Below are positions 27,866 to 41,448 of a stretch of DNA of 64,000 nucleotides, piece after piece. Every line of letters starts with the position of its first letter. Position 1 is the stretch's first letter. Made by a program: the position numbers and the translations under genes. The stretch is from the human T2T-CHM13v2.0 reference genome, Homo sapiens: the NCBI RefSeq assembly GCF_009914755.1, contig NC_060931.1; one strand, written 5' to 3'. The notes under the pieces were generated by a model. It saw only the letters and a list, made by a program, of their open reading frames with translations. It searched no databases and was not told the DNA's origin.

Positions 27866-28278
27866 GATTTTTAAAAACCCGTGAAATATAAAAATAATGG
27901 AGATCACTTTTTGGTTTGGTCTGTCTTCCAATACCCTATTTGGAGGTTTACCAAGTTTGAAGAATAAGAAAAAAATTGTAACACAGACAGCCAGGACACA
28001 GGATTACTCCTGGTTCCATTATGAACTGGGTATTTGTCATTTTATAATGTTTCTATTAAAACTGATATACATAGGACAAAGACTTACACATGAATTATCT
28101 TTATTACTCTGGATCATGAATCCCAGATGAAAACCTAATATGTCTGGCTAAACTGTTTGAAGGATTTTTTTTTTTTTTCCTTAAAGGAAGGCCTAAATTC
28201 TAAGAGCAGGCTTCAAATCGCCTACATTGATGCTTCCCATCTAAAAACACATACAAATTTTGAATTTTATAATTTCTT

Positions 28279-29283
28279 TGTGCATTGAATTGTGTTACCC
28301 AAAAAAAGACATGTTGAAGTTCTAAACACCAGAACCGATGAATGTGACCTTATTTGGAAATGGGATCTTTGTAGAGGTAACCAAAGTAAGATGAGATCAT
28401 ACTGGCTCAGTCTGGGCTCTAAGTCCAACGACTGCTGTCTTTAAAAGAGGGTACTTTACTATTGTGAATAGCACAATAGCAAAGACTTGGAACCAACCCA
28501 AATGTCCAACAATGATAGACTGGATTAAGAAAATGTGGCACATATACATCATGGAATACTATACAGCCATAAAAAATGATGAGTTCATGTCCTTTGTAGG
28601 GACATGGATGAAATTGGAAACCATCATTCTCAGTAAACTATCGCAGGAACAAAAAACCAAACACCGCATATTCTCACTCATAGGTGGGAATTGAACAATG
28701 AGATCACATGGACACAGGAAGGGGAATATCACACTCTGGGGACTGTGGTGGGGAGGGGGGAGGGGGGAGGGATAGCATTGGGAGATATACCTAATGCTAG
28801 ATGACGAGTTAGTGGGTGCAGCACACCAGCACGGCACATGTATACATATGTAACTAACCTGCACAATGTGCACATGTACCCTAAAACTTAAAGTATAATT
28901 AAAAAAGAAAAAAAAAAAGAACAGAGAAGAACAAGAGAATAAAGGAAAAAAGGAGAGAGAGGAAAAAAAAAAAAAAAAGAGGGTACTTTGGACACAGGCA
29001 AATCAGACGTACAGGGGTAAGATAGCTATGTCAGGACCAGAGGCAGAAATTGGAGTTAAGCTGCCACAAGCCAAGGGACATCAAGAATTGCTGCCAACCA
29101 CCAGACACTAAATGAGACATGGTAGCATTCTTTCTTAAAGCCTTTGGAGGGAAGAAGACTCCACCAACACTTTGATTGCAGACACCTAGCCTCCAGGAGT
29201 GCGAGAAAATCAATTTCTATTGTTTAAAGCTACCCAGTTTGTTGTATTAATAATTTGTTATGGCAGTCCTAGGAAACTAGTGC
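28279..29283 (+). mobile_element. MLT1C-like MaLR LTR interrupted by an L1PA2
   Basis: 'gaatgtgaccttatttggaaat', 'gaggcagaaattggagtt', end 'tttgttatggcagtcctaggaaactagtgca'. Confidence 0.85.
28458..28974 (+). mobile_element. L1PA2 3' fragment with 5' micro-inversion and 3' transduction
   Basis: 15-bp TSD aaaagagggtacttt at 28443-28457 and 28975-28989; ORF2 C-terminus (28464..28694); L1PA2 3' UTR diagnostics; two poly(A) tracts. Confidence 0.93.
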
Positions 29284-31279
29284 ATAGTCTGGTAGTTTAC
29301 AAAGACTATACCACTGAGAAGCCAATGTGAAAGCCTAAAAGCCACACGGTTTGGCCCATAAAAAGCTTACTGCCTATGGAACATGCTTAATTAGTGCTAT
29401 TTCTTTGATCAGGCCTAGCATCCCCCCTTGTCCTTGGTTGTGATGTAAGGTGATGTACTTGTCTCTGCTTATGGTCATTATCAGAAACTATAGCAATGTA
29501 ATATATTCAGTGAATAATAAGAATCTGAATTAAATGAATTAAGTTGACCTGAATTAATATCATCTCGATATCTTTATTCTTTCCATTTATCTATTGCATT
29601 ATAAATTTTGAAGCATTTTGATTTACAATTTTATTTCATCTTCACAAACACTATATGAAGCTGGAGAGATAGAACACACAAAAGAAAGTAGTCTGCTCAT
29701 TCCTTGAGGACAGAACTGCCATTTTATACTGAATATTTTCAATGAAAGATGCTATGTGGAAAGAAGATGATGTTTTTAACTGACTCTCCATTTCCCAGAT
29801 AGAAGAGAAGCTAAGTCTAGAGTGGTAGACGTGAATTTGAACGTGCCTGCCTGTGAATCTCTTTCTTTCTTTTTTCTTTTTCCACACTTCATCTGTGAAT
29901 AAAGTTGGTTCATTCACTATGAATAGGCTATTTCTGCCATGAGTTCATAGGTGTTAAATGCATTTAACCTTTTCTATAATAATTTCCAAATTATGTCTAA
30001 ATTTACTGATTCAATATATGGGAAACAGATCCACTAATTTGGGAAATTAAAAAAGATATTTAAGCACAATATACCCAGATTTCTTTTAAAATAATCCACC
30101 CACATAGGGAAGATAGGAGAGGAACTAAATTTTCTCATTGGTTTGCTTTTATAAATTTCTAGAACAGAGATTACTATCCATGGTACATTTGGCCACAGAA
30201 AATTCAAAACTGAGCAAAATAAAAGACCCTTTGGTGATTAAGGTAACAATATGCAGTGGTACAAAAAGGGTATTAAGAAGTACAACAAATAAACAATTTT
30301 CACAAGAAGAGCAAGAATTAGTATTCTGGGCAGTTTGCCACCCGGAGTGTTCATCAGAATATGATGAAATAATTCACATTTTTGTTTATTTGCCTGAAGG
30401 AGCTTACCCACCCTAAAATCAATCTTATAAAAAGCATAAGTGCATATTCTATGCAATATAACTTCATACAAAACTGAAGCAAAGTGATCTCATGCAACAC
30501 TGGATGGCAAATGTTGGGCTTTCTCTATATATAAAATAAATAGAAACAGAAATAGATGAAAAACAGCTGGAGTTCAGAATTATATGAAGTCCATATTTCC
30601 ATGCACCTTTAGGTGTGATGTTATTTTGACTAAATGTTAGTATCCTCAAGGAACTTTCAGGTGCTTTGACTAATAAGTAGCTCCAGAGCCATCATAAAAC
30701 AATGCACCAGGAAAGTATGTGCTCCACCCTAAAACTAAGTGCCCAAAATTCAAACAGTTTATTATGCCCAGAATGACTTACAAATAAAACATAAGTTCAG
30801 TTTTATAAGGCGACATAAAAGATTGTTACTTAAGAGGCAAACTGGTCTAGAAAGCTTTATTGCCCCCATAATTTATTATGGAATTAATCCATTGCGTGTT
30901 TGCACCAGGTCACCTCGCTGAAGGGAACCTGCATCTTATCGAAATCAGATTGAGAGGTACAAATTGAGAATCCCTAATGGAGTACTAAGCAGACTTCAAA
31001 AAGCCAAGCATATGGACCGTGTTATAGTTTCTGAATGGTTTCACTTGAGTCATAAAGTTAGCCCCCGCCTCTCCCCAAAAAAGTAGGGCTATTTTTCCTA
31101 CCAGTCTGTGAATAATCTATAAAGACAAAATATTTTTTTGTGAAAATACAAAAGCAAGTTATTTTGTTTCAAAATAAAGATTTCTTCGGAATGAGCTCTT
31201 GCTTTTCTACTCTTTTGGTTCCTTACTATCAGAATTCTGAAAATATATTTGAATATCTCATCGTAAAATATGATAATTA

Positions 31280-31405
31280 TATGAGCTAATACCTATGTTA
31301 ATTAGCTCAATTTAGCCATTCTACAATGTATACATATTTCAAAACATCATGTTGTACACAGTGAATATGTATATATAATTTTTAATTAGTAATTAAAATT
31401 TAAAC
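31280..31405 (+). mobile_element. L1MA 3' terminal fragment
   Basis: 'tatgttaattagctcaatttagccattctacaatgtatacatatttcaaaacatcatgttgtacac'. Confidence 0.75.
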
Positions 31406-31614
31406 AATATATATATTTGCACAAAAATGTCAGAGGAAGTATAATAGGACATTTATTATTATATACTTAGGAAGATGTCAATTACTTCTTAAGATACAAC
31501 AGTTTTATCCATCAAGCCTTACTGACTGCAAACCTAAGGTGACATTTTATGGAAGACTTGCTGACTGCAAAGTATCAGAACATCACATATTTAAATGATG
31601 CTCTTTTTAACAAA

Positions 31615-31860
31615 AAGTGGCATTATACATTAGACAAAATATCAGGTTAGTGAGTCAGAAAAACTGAATTTGGATACTTCATCACTTATTAATCATCTAA
31701 GCTATTATAAAATTCATTTATCTTCAACTCTAAATTAGGGAAAATAATAACTACAAGCCTTCTGAAGGTTAAATGTCATTGAGAGGGTCAAATGAGATTC
31801 AGTTTGTGAAAATATTTACATCTGTAAATTGTATTAACCTATAAGGCATTTTTATTAATA
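31615..31860 (+). mobile_element. MIR SINE
   Basis: 'gagtcagaaaaactgaatt', 'tctaaattagggaaaataataac', 'gagagggtcaaatgagat'. Confidence 0.55.
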
Positions 31861-33199
31861 GATCTACTTAATCCATGAATAAATGATTCATGTAGCAATG
31901 TTTAATACCATTTTAAACTTTCTAAAAGAAAGCATAAATCTTTAGTTAACGATGGTATCTTTTTCATACTTCAATAATACCTAAACTATGTCATTAATAC
32001 ATTAAGTGAATATCACTTCCTTCCATAAATATAGGTGATATACATACACAAAAGTAAACATATATTTCCACATATATGTTAACTTTACATTTACAGGTAC
32101 CAGTAAAATCTAGAAATTGTGTCTATAAAAAATATAGAAGAAATATGTGTATATAATAGCCAAATCTCCCCTATCAATTTTTTTCCTAAAAGTGAGTATA
32201 AAATAAATATATTTCTACTTAAAGCATTTTTTCTTAAGTGTTTTGTTTTATTTTGGATACCTTTATACATATGATGAATAAAAGGACAGGATGACAGTAT
32301 TAAGATAAAGCACCATGTTTCAAGGCATTAAGATAAGGTAAGAGGGAAGGTGTTTTCCTTTACTCTCAGGTTTACATCCTACTTTATCTTTGATACCCAT
32401 CTCTTTATATTTTTCTTTGTCAGTATTTTACTGACAATAAATTTTGGTAGCTTTAACTTTCTTTTAACAATAATTTTTACTTATGTTGATTTATAAAAAA
32501 GAGCTTAGCCTTCAATCCTACCATGAAGTATTTTATGTCTTTAGAGACTTGAAAGCCCAGCAATTTATTTTTCTCTGTCTCTTATGTGCTACTGCAAGCC
32601 TGGAATTTGACCCATAACTTCAACTAAAGACCCCATTCACCTATCACTTTTCAAAATGTTTAACCAAACACTCTTAACTAGTCAAAAGTCAGCGATAGGA
32701 GAGCCTCCTACTGTGCATCTTCAGTGTGGCGTGGCTCACTGACAGCTGGAGAGACGGCTCTTGCTAAGCATATTTGATGTGCCCTGGTTTATGTCTCCTC
32801 TGTTTTACTGGAAAAGCCTTCAACAGGTCACTGGCTGGGCCTTCACAGCTGAGCACTAAAGATGAGAAGTGTAAATGATGATTAAGTGTGGGCACGACTC
32901 TCAGATTTCCAGAGTCCCAGCCTCACAGGTGTTCACATTGCAGCTGGAACTAAGGTCTCATTTTATCAGAAGTTGAGTATCTGCTTTAATTGTGGAAAGT
33001 ATAAGGTATTGACTAAAAGGCAGTGGTTTTGCTGATCGATGCTGTTGTAGAGAAAGCTGATAAGTTTAACAAAATGTTTTAGAGAAAAATCTTCTGGAGC
33101 CAGTGAAGTATAAAGGAAAATAATGGCATACAGTCTGAGACAAATGAATTAACACTAATATATCGATAGTACATTGAGCAGTATAAAGAATTACACCAA

Positions 33200-33615
33200 G
33201 ATGATGAAGAATATGAATGCCTTGTTAGGTGATTTAGACAACTGAGGGTATTTCACTTGTAATGAACTTGTGATGGCTATTTTCAAATATTTAGAAGGGC
33301 TGTCTACAGAAGAGTGATATAATTGTGTGAGTGTGTGTGTGGCGGGTGGGGGGGGGTTGCCTGATTCCAGAGGGCAGAATATGGGCTAGAAAATGAAGAT
33401 AATATGGCTTCAGATTCAGTTCAAAATAAGAAAGAACTTCCTAGCCACTTAGACCATACACAAATGGAAGTTGGAGGTTATAAATCTCCATTATTGAAGT
33501 GTAAAAGTGAAAGTTGTGACTATTTTGTATGGTGGTTGGAGTGGCAATTCCTACATTGGATATAATTATGGATTAAATGAAATATGTGATACTTTGATCC
33601 TAATATTTAACAATT
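33200..33615 (+). mobile_element. L3/CR1 3' fragment
   Basis: 'ttttcaaatatttagaagggctgtc', 'ccagagggcagaa', 'ataagaaagaacttcct'. Confidence 0.65.
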
Positions 33616-33684
33616 CTAATAGTAAATGAGATTTGAGTACACAGAGGAAATGTATTTTAGGCCAAATCCTAGGGTCTTTAGTAA

Positions 33685-33900
33685 ATAAGAAAGAGTATAG
33701 TTTTGGGAGTTACCAGGAGTTAAATCCTAGTATCTATATATTGGTCACTTGAGAAAATCATTTAAATGCTATTATAGCTTTCTCATATCTAAGTGAAAAA
33801 TGATATCAAATTGTAATAGTGAGGATTAAATTACTGGAAAGTTTATTACATTACAAGGACAGTGCCTAGCATAAAATAAACATTTAATGAAAGCTACCTA
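33685..33900 (+). mobile_element. MIR SINE
   Basis: 'gtttaaatcctag', 'tttctcatatctaag', 'gtgaggattaaat', 'acagtgcctagcat'. Confidence 0.65.
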
Positions 33901-33988
33901 GCAGTACTACTTTCATCTAATATGTTTCAATATGTCATATGAATGTCAGTGTACCACTACACATGACATTTTACTCATGTAGCTGGTG

Positions 33989-33990
<2 letters not shown>

Positions 33991-34038
<48 letters not shown>
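33991..34038 (+). repeat. (TG)24 microsatellite
   Basis: Read directly. Confidence 0.97.
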
Positions 34039-34040
<2 letters not shown>

Positions 34041-35249
34041 CTGGATCGCCTCCCTTTCTCTTTCCTCCACCATTAAATGCAAGCTCTGGTTATGCTACAC
34101 TGGCATCATGGTAACAGCCTAATCTCCCACTCCCAACTTGGTTTGAACTTTTCTCTCAAATTACATATTGGGTTCAATAATGCAATGCTCTTTTCAAATC
34201 TCCCTAGTTGATTCATCCTTTGAATATGAAAAATCACTAAACATATACTAAATCATTATATTAGTTTGAAGATTAAACCCAATTATTTAATAACAGAATT
34301 ATGGATTTTTCTGGTATTTGCCCTTAACAATAGAACCTCTACTTTTGTTGCAACATTAGCTGGTTTTTTCCATTCCACTAAATAGGCATGTTTGCCTCTT
34401 CTCCATTAATCCTCTGCTTGATGCCCTGAAGTTCTTACCTACACCATTCAGCTACTATGAGAACTGCCTTCTTTATTCACTCAGCCTAACCCTCTAACTC
34501 TAATACTTTCTGCAGAACACGTTTACCAAGACATCTTTCCAGATAAACACCAACTGCAGACCACCCTGCTCATAAGTTGATGCATATCTTGTTTTACTGA
34601 ATTTATGTCTGCTGCTTGAGTATCTGCATAGTTTTCCCCAGAAACTTTTAACGTATACTCTATTTTCTCTATAATTCTTACTATTGGGTAATGCATGCAA
34701 TAAACACTATACACATAGCTGAGACTAAGTCTCTTAAATATTCACTGACCTTTTATTTGTGAGAAGTACTGAATTTTACAATTCATGATAGGATTACAAA
34801 ATATGAATCTATAAAAGCAAAGCAATTATGAATAAAGGAAGTGGTTAAAGAAAATTTGATAATGTCTGAGAATGTAACAAAATATTAACTTATAAATATA
34901 TGTATGTGTGTGTGCTGCGAAGAAGGAGATTGTTCATATTATACAGATAGAATATATATTCTTTATAAACATGCATTTTTAGGTCTTTCTTAGGTAAATA
35001 AAAAATAAAAGTTATTACAAACATGTTATATATAGTGTTTGATGGTAAAGTAACTCCTGCCTAAAGAAAATAATTGTCTTTCCTATTTTAAACTAATTTT
35101 TTTATAGCTCTTGGCACCTGATTTTTTTTTTAAATCCAGGGAAATTTATTTTTTAGATAATGTTTAAGTCGGGAAAATTTGAGATGAATGTAAAACATTG
35201 TCCGGGAAGAATTACTATAATTAGTAAAAAGTATGTGTACGAGAAATAC

Positions 35250-35751
35250 TGTGGTAGACAGTAGTAGCTCCCCAAAGATGTCCACATCCTAATCTTTTGG
35301 ACTTGTGCTTATGTTACCTTGCATTGAAGAAGAGTCTTTGCAGATGTGACCAAATTAAGGAACTCGAAATGGATAGATTAGCCTGCATTATCCAGGTGGC
35401 CCAATGCAATTGAAGAGTTCTTAAAAGAGTTAGAGAAGGAGAAGGGAAGATGAAAGCAGGGAGTCAGAGGATGTGATTTAGATTTTAAAATGCTATTCTG
35501 CTGGCTTTGAAGATGGGGAAGGGGGTCATAAGCCAATGAATGCAACCAGCTTCTAGAAGCAAAAATGGAAAGGAAACGGATTTTCCCCTAGAACCTCCAG
35601 AAGGAATGCATGTCTGTTGACAGCTTGATTTTGGCCTAGTAAAACCAATTTTAAACTTCTGAATTCTGGAATAGTAAGAAAAGAAATTTCTGTTGTTTTA
35701 AGCCACTAAGTTTATGGTAACTTACAAGAGCATCAACAGGAAAGTATTACA
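35250..35751 (+). mobile_element. MLT1D-like MaLR solo LTR
   Basis: 'cccaaagatgtccacatcctaatc', 'gctggctttgaagatgg', 'tgttgttttaagccactaagttt'. Confidence 0.87.
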
Positions 35752-35897
35752 AATGGTAGCTAAAGATTTTGTCGTGATCATTAGCTCCTGTACATAAGTT
35801 TAGAAATGAGTCGACCTAAAATTATGATTCAGTGGTGAAATTTGCCTTATGAAGAAATTGTCAGAAACGCAGGGAAAAAAAAAAAAAAAAAAGAAGA

Positions 35898-36407
<510 letters not shown>

Positions 36408-38214
36408 GCAGTAGTCTTACTGTTTTACTGTAATGTTAATACAATATTCACTCAGAAAGACAAGAATTATAAGTTACAACAAAAAATAATTACAAGGAAA
36501 AGAACAAGGAGAAAAAGAAGAAAAACAAATAAATGCAACATCACTATAAAATATTCTGTATATATAACCTCTCTCCCCTTCCAAATATTTATACAGCATT
36601 TATGTAACCAATAATTATGATAGTTCAGTCATGGTCAACTTCTATGTAGTGGAGCTAAGAAAGTAAAATGCATTTCTGGACTTTCAATTCAATATGCCTG
36701 GACTGAAATACATAATATTGTGACATAGTTAAAATACTCCAGAAAAAAACACTGTAGAATGATTGTATAGCAAGTAGAATTACATATTTTCAAGGATACA
36801 AGATGCCATCATAGGAAAATAATTACAAAATTTGAATTATTGAAAAATCCATAAAAAACAATCAATCACAATAAAATAAAATCAGTAAGGAAAGTTAAAC
36901 CTGATGATATTTGTGTAAGATAAGTTCCTATACATTACAGAACCACGTATCATCGAAAAAAAGTTTCATAACCAACTTCACCCTATCATTATATAAATAT
37001 TCCTGATTCCTGAAATCCTAAGCCAGACTTAAATCCTAACTATCAACAATGAAAGACTATTGCCCATTAGCCTTTCCTTTCTGGAACCTATGTTAATCCA
37101 AATAAAATATTTAAATCAGCTGGTCAAGCAAAGATTCTAAATATGGCATAGCAATTTATAAATTTTATATATATAATTCAAATATATATATTTGAATATA
37201 TATTCAAAAATATGTGCAAAACTATTGTTTCATTTGTTATATAATTAGGAAAACAAATAATGCATAAGTTAAGCTAATAAGGAAAAATATTCCTTTAGAA
37301 TATATACTGGAAAGTTGCATAAGTAATAGCTGCTTTATTTTAGGGGAGAGGGTATAAAACAGAAATCCCAAAAGTACCACTTGTTAATATTTAAAACCAA
37401 CTTTACTGACATAATTAATAAAGCCCATTTGCAAGACTATCAAATTAAAGGAAAATAATTGCATTTGGCTGAACCCAAAACAAAGCTGATACTTCAAAAT
37501 ATTGCCTAAAATAGTATTTGAATTGAAAAATCATTGAATTGAGGAAAAAAGGTCTGTGTTTGATTGCCAGGTGTCTTTCTGTGTTATCTTGAAAGGTCTT
37601 TTTTTTTTCTCTAACTTTTTATTTTCTCATCGACAAAAAAGAAGTCTAGACCAAATCATTTCGAAGGTGTTTTCCAACTCAGTTCAAAATCACTTCAGCA
37701 GAAATTTCCCAAAGAGAAAGTTGTTGCTTCTATGACTGGTTGAAGGATAATAAACCATGGGACTGAAGACCTTGCTTTTCAAATTCTATCACCTCTTAAA
37801 TGAGAATAAATTTAAATGTTTCTCAAGTCCAGAAATGATCTAAGGAAATACTCTAAAATTTAAGTTCCATAGCCATACCTATTGTGTCAATAATTTAGAC
37901 TCATGCACAAATCTGACTTATCTTAATAAGAGTTGCTATTCATTTAAAGATAATTTTCTTTTAAAATTTAAGAATAGTTTAGTTGCTTGACTTTCCATAC
38001 TAATGTAGCCTTAGTTTAACAACCAACATCATGTGTTATCAGAAGTCTAATGTCAAACTGACAGTCAGATTATTTATTTTTCTAACCACAGGCAGGAAGG
38101 ATGTTTCTAAATGAATTATTTATAACCCCATCTTGAATAAAATGTCTTATTGTTTTCCTATTTAAAACAACTCTTATAAAAATGTTTATTTGAGTTTAAG
38201 AAGCAGTTTACAAT

Positions 38215-38775
38215 TTCCTACTAAATAAAGCCCACGTATTTTAGCCTGTCATTCAAGAGCCTACACAACTTGGCGCCAATCTATCTTTAGAGCTTTATCA
38301 CCTACTACCTAGTTTGACACATCCCAAACTTCTAAAACAATTAACTTGCTAAATATGTTTGGTGTTTTTCTGCTTACCTTCTTTGTTCAAGCTACTCCTC
38401 TTGCCATAAATACCTTCCAAGTTGTCTTTGCATTTCCAAGTCTAATCTACTTCAGGTCTAAGATTTAGTGCTGAATCATTAATAAAAACATTCCAGAGCT
38501 AGAGCTTGCCTACATATCCATCTGCCCTTATCACTTCAGTGTCAGAAATAATCTCAATTTTTTTTACAATTCTAAGATAATATCTTCAAAATATCCTTAA
38601 GATTATTTAGCACATCCAAATATTTATTTTAAAAATGTTGTACACATTTAGCTCTCTGATGAGGTTGAAAGCTTCTTGAGACAAGAAATCATAATTTTAG
38701 CTGTTTTATTCTCATGTCATCAAGTATTTCTTAGTTTGAGAATATGCACACATTGCAAAATAATACATGAATGAG
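38215..38775 (+). mobile_element. L2 3' fragment
   Basis: 'ttagcctgtcattcaagagcct', 'gaaagcttcttgagacaagaa', terminal 'atgaatga'. Confidence 0.5.
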
Positions 38776-40198
38776 TATATAACTTGTAAAAAGAATGGAG
38801 GGGGTCCTGTTGCTTTAATTCTATAATAACAATATTATAGGGTGAAGTGGATAGTCTTTTAACATAATGGTTCTATTATAACTGCTTGTATAGTCTTAAA
38901 TTATTCAGTATAACTGCTTTTAATTTTTAGGATGTCCTGAGAAGATTTCATATGAAAGTAAGAAATTACCAGGTAAAACACTACTTTTTGAAGTTCTTAC
39001 AATCCTAGAAGACAAGTCATTACTCTTTAGTTCCCCTTTCCCCAGACTTTTCCCAAGGCTATAATAATGTTTTATTATTTATATAGAGATTTATATTTTC
39101 AAAGCACTTTAGAGCCATTAATTTGTAAAGCCAAACAACATACAGTAGAACAAGGTGAGTGTGATTAAATGCATTTGACAGATAAGAAAACAGCAGTAAT
39201 GCCAAAGTGGTCTTTTCACAGCCAGTGGAAATCTGGAGTTTCCTTGAGTGCAAAAACTGTAATTTGTCCCCTGCAAAAATAATCAAAACAGTAGACCTGA
39301 TTTTATTTATTTTATTTTCAATCCTTCATTTTCAGAGAGTTAGGAGCAAATTTGTGTTATTGATCTTTACTTCAAACACATGACTAATTGTAAGGTAAAG
39401 TTTTCAAATTTCTTTATTATAACTGTGGAGTAAAAGTACCATTCTGTTTTTAGTTTAGATATGTGAAAATACTATAATCAAGCAGGTTAATTCTTTAAAC
39501 ATCACTTAAAAAGTAATAGTAGGTGGATTAATCAAATGAAATCTATAACTCCATTTTATGGTATTGGTCATTTGTATTGAGTTGAAAACAATTTTTCCAA
39601 AAGACTTCTGATCTTTTTAACTCTAAAATTAAGAACAAATACCCATATAGATGATAAAAATATCACATATAGGATGCATTTATCTTCAGAGATATAAATC
39701 TTTGCCAAAGATAACTTTTCCTATCAGAGTTCCAGGTCCCCACTTGTCAATGCAAAATTGATTTGAAAGTAGATTTTCTCCTTTTATGTTCAAGGTTGTG
39801 ATTTGGGGTAATATTATGATAAATTATTTAAATTCATTTTCTTTCTACTCCTGTACCAAACAAATCTCCAAAGAAATGGTCTGTCCCTAGTCAGGGTCTC
39901 AGGAAGGTAATGTTATTTTATCCCAGTGGGGATGAGAGTTTTTCATCTTTATTTACAGCTGGCATTTTTATGCTTTTGACTCACATTGCCACTTTCTCAC
40001 TATGAAACTATTCGTATTTCCTGAGAGAGGTTAAGATAATTTACTATTGCTGAACATATTTTTTGCTTACACTGATGCAAAGAATTAGACACATGACTCC
40101 TGTTAGCGTCAATTCTAATGATCCATAATGCAAAAATCAGGACCTTGTGTAAAAAGCATCTGCTTCCTTTGATTCAGAACCAAAAAGCAGGGTGGGGC

Positions 40199-40207
40199 CA
40201 AGATGGC
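40199..40207 (+). promoter_or_regulatory. YY1 site of the L1 internal promoter
   Basis: CAAGATGGC at the canonical position near the L1 5' end. Confidence 0.7.
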
Positions 40208-41448
40208 TGACTAGAACTCTTGGCATTCAGAGGCTCCCACTGGAAAAAAAAAAAACATAAGCATTCACCGGTAACCAAGGTATCCAGATTCTCTCATCAA
40301 AATTGACTAGAAGGCTGGCATGATCCAATGAGAGAAGGAAGAGCAGTGTGGTGTGGTTGCCCTCCTGAGAGCCACAGGGAGAAGGGGAACCCCCTCCCCC
40401 CAGCCAAAGGAGGCAGTGCGTGAGCAGGCTACCCAGCCAGGGAAACTGTTTTTTCCATGGAACTATGCAACCCATGGATGAGAAGATGCCACTTGCAAAC
40501 CCAAGCCACCAGGACCTAGCATCCCAACCCCAGATGCACAGATTCTTACATCCTCTCAGCTGGTATCTGCTTAAGCCTACTGAACTCCTGGGGAAGGGGT
40601 GACCAGCACCGTCTGTGGCTGCCTGCTGTCTAAGCCTAAGCTGTTTGAGTTTCTGTGGAGAGGGGCAGCACTGGGACTCACAACTGCATAACATGCTAAG
40701 CTCCCTGGGCGGCAGAAGGGTGGCACCCATTTCTATAGCTCCAGGCTGCAAGACTTGTCCCCACAGACCAACACACCAGCTGTGGCCAGAGTGCCTCTTC
40801 AGGCCTAACCCCGACCCATCCTTCCTCAGTGGTGGAGGAGGGGCTTCCCTGCAGCATCTCCAATAACTCCAGCCAGAGGCTCAAGGACAGAATTTGGATC
40901 TCCCTGGGCCTGAGGCCCTAAGGGAAGGGGTGGCCACAGTCTGTGGACCAGCAGACTTAGCCTCTCCTCCTGGTAGTTCTGAGGAATCCGGGCAGCCCAG
41001 ACAAGTGAGCTTCCCCTCACCAAAACACAACCTCTCTACCAAGGGACAAAGTGCTTCATTAAACAGGTCCGGCTCCCCATGCCACCCAACTGGTTGAGAC
41101 CCTCTAACAGGGGTTGTCGGACACCCTATCCAACAGGGGTTGTTGAACATTCCTGCTGGCATCAGGTTGGTGCCCCTTGAGGTCAGAGTTTCCAGAAGAA
41201 AGAGCAGGCACCCATCTTTGGGGCTCTCCAGCCTCCTTGAATGACATCCCCAGGCACGGGAGCGAATCAGATGAATAAGGCCTGAAGTGAATGCCCAGCT
41301 AACTGCAGCAGCCCTACAGAAGAGGGGCCAGACTACTGAAAGAAAAACAAACAAGCAGAAAGTGGCAATAGCATCATCAACAACAACAACAAAAACCCCA
41401 TCCAAGGGTTAGCAGCCTCAAAGGCTGAAAATAGACAAACTCACAAAG

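Noticed and set aside
38911-38980. Possible small + strand exon (tttttag|GATG...AAA|gtaaga)
   Set aside because: Motif-only evidence with no coding signal.
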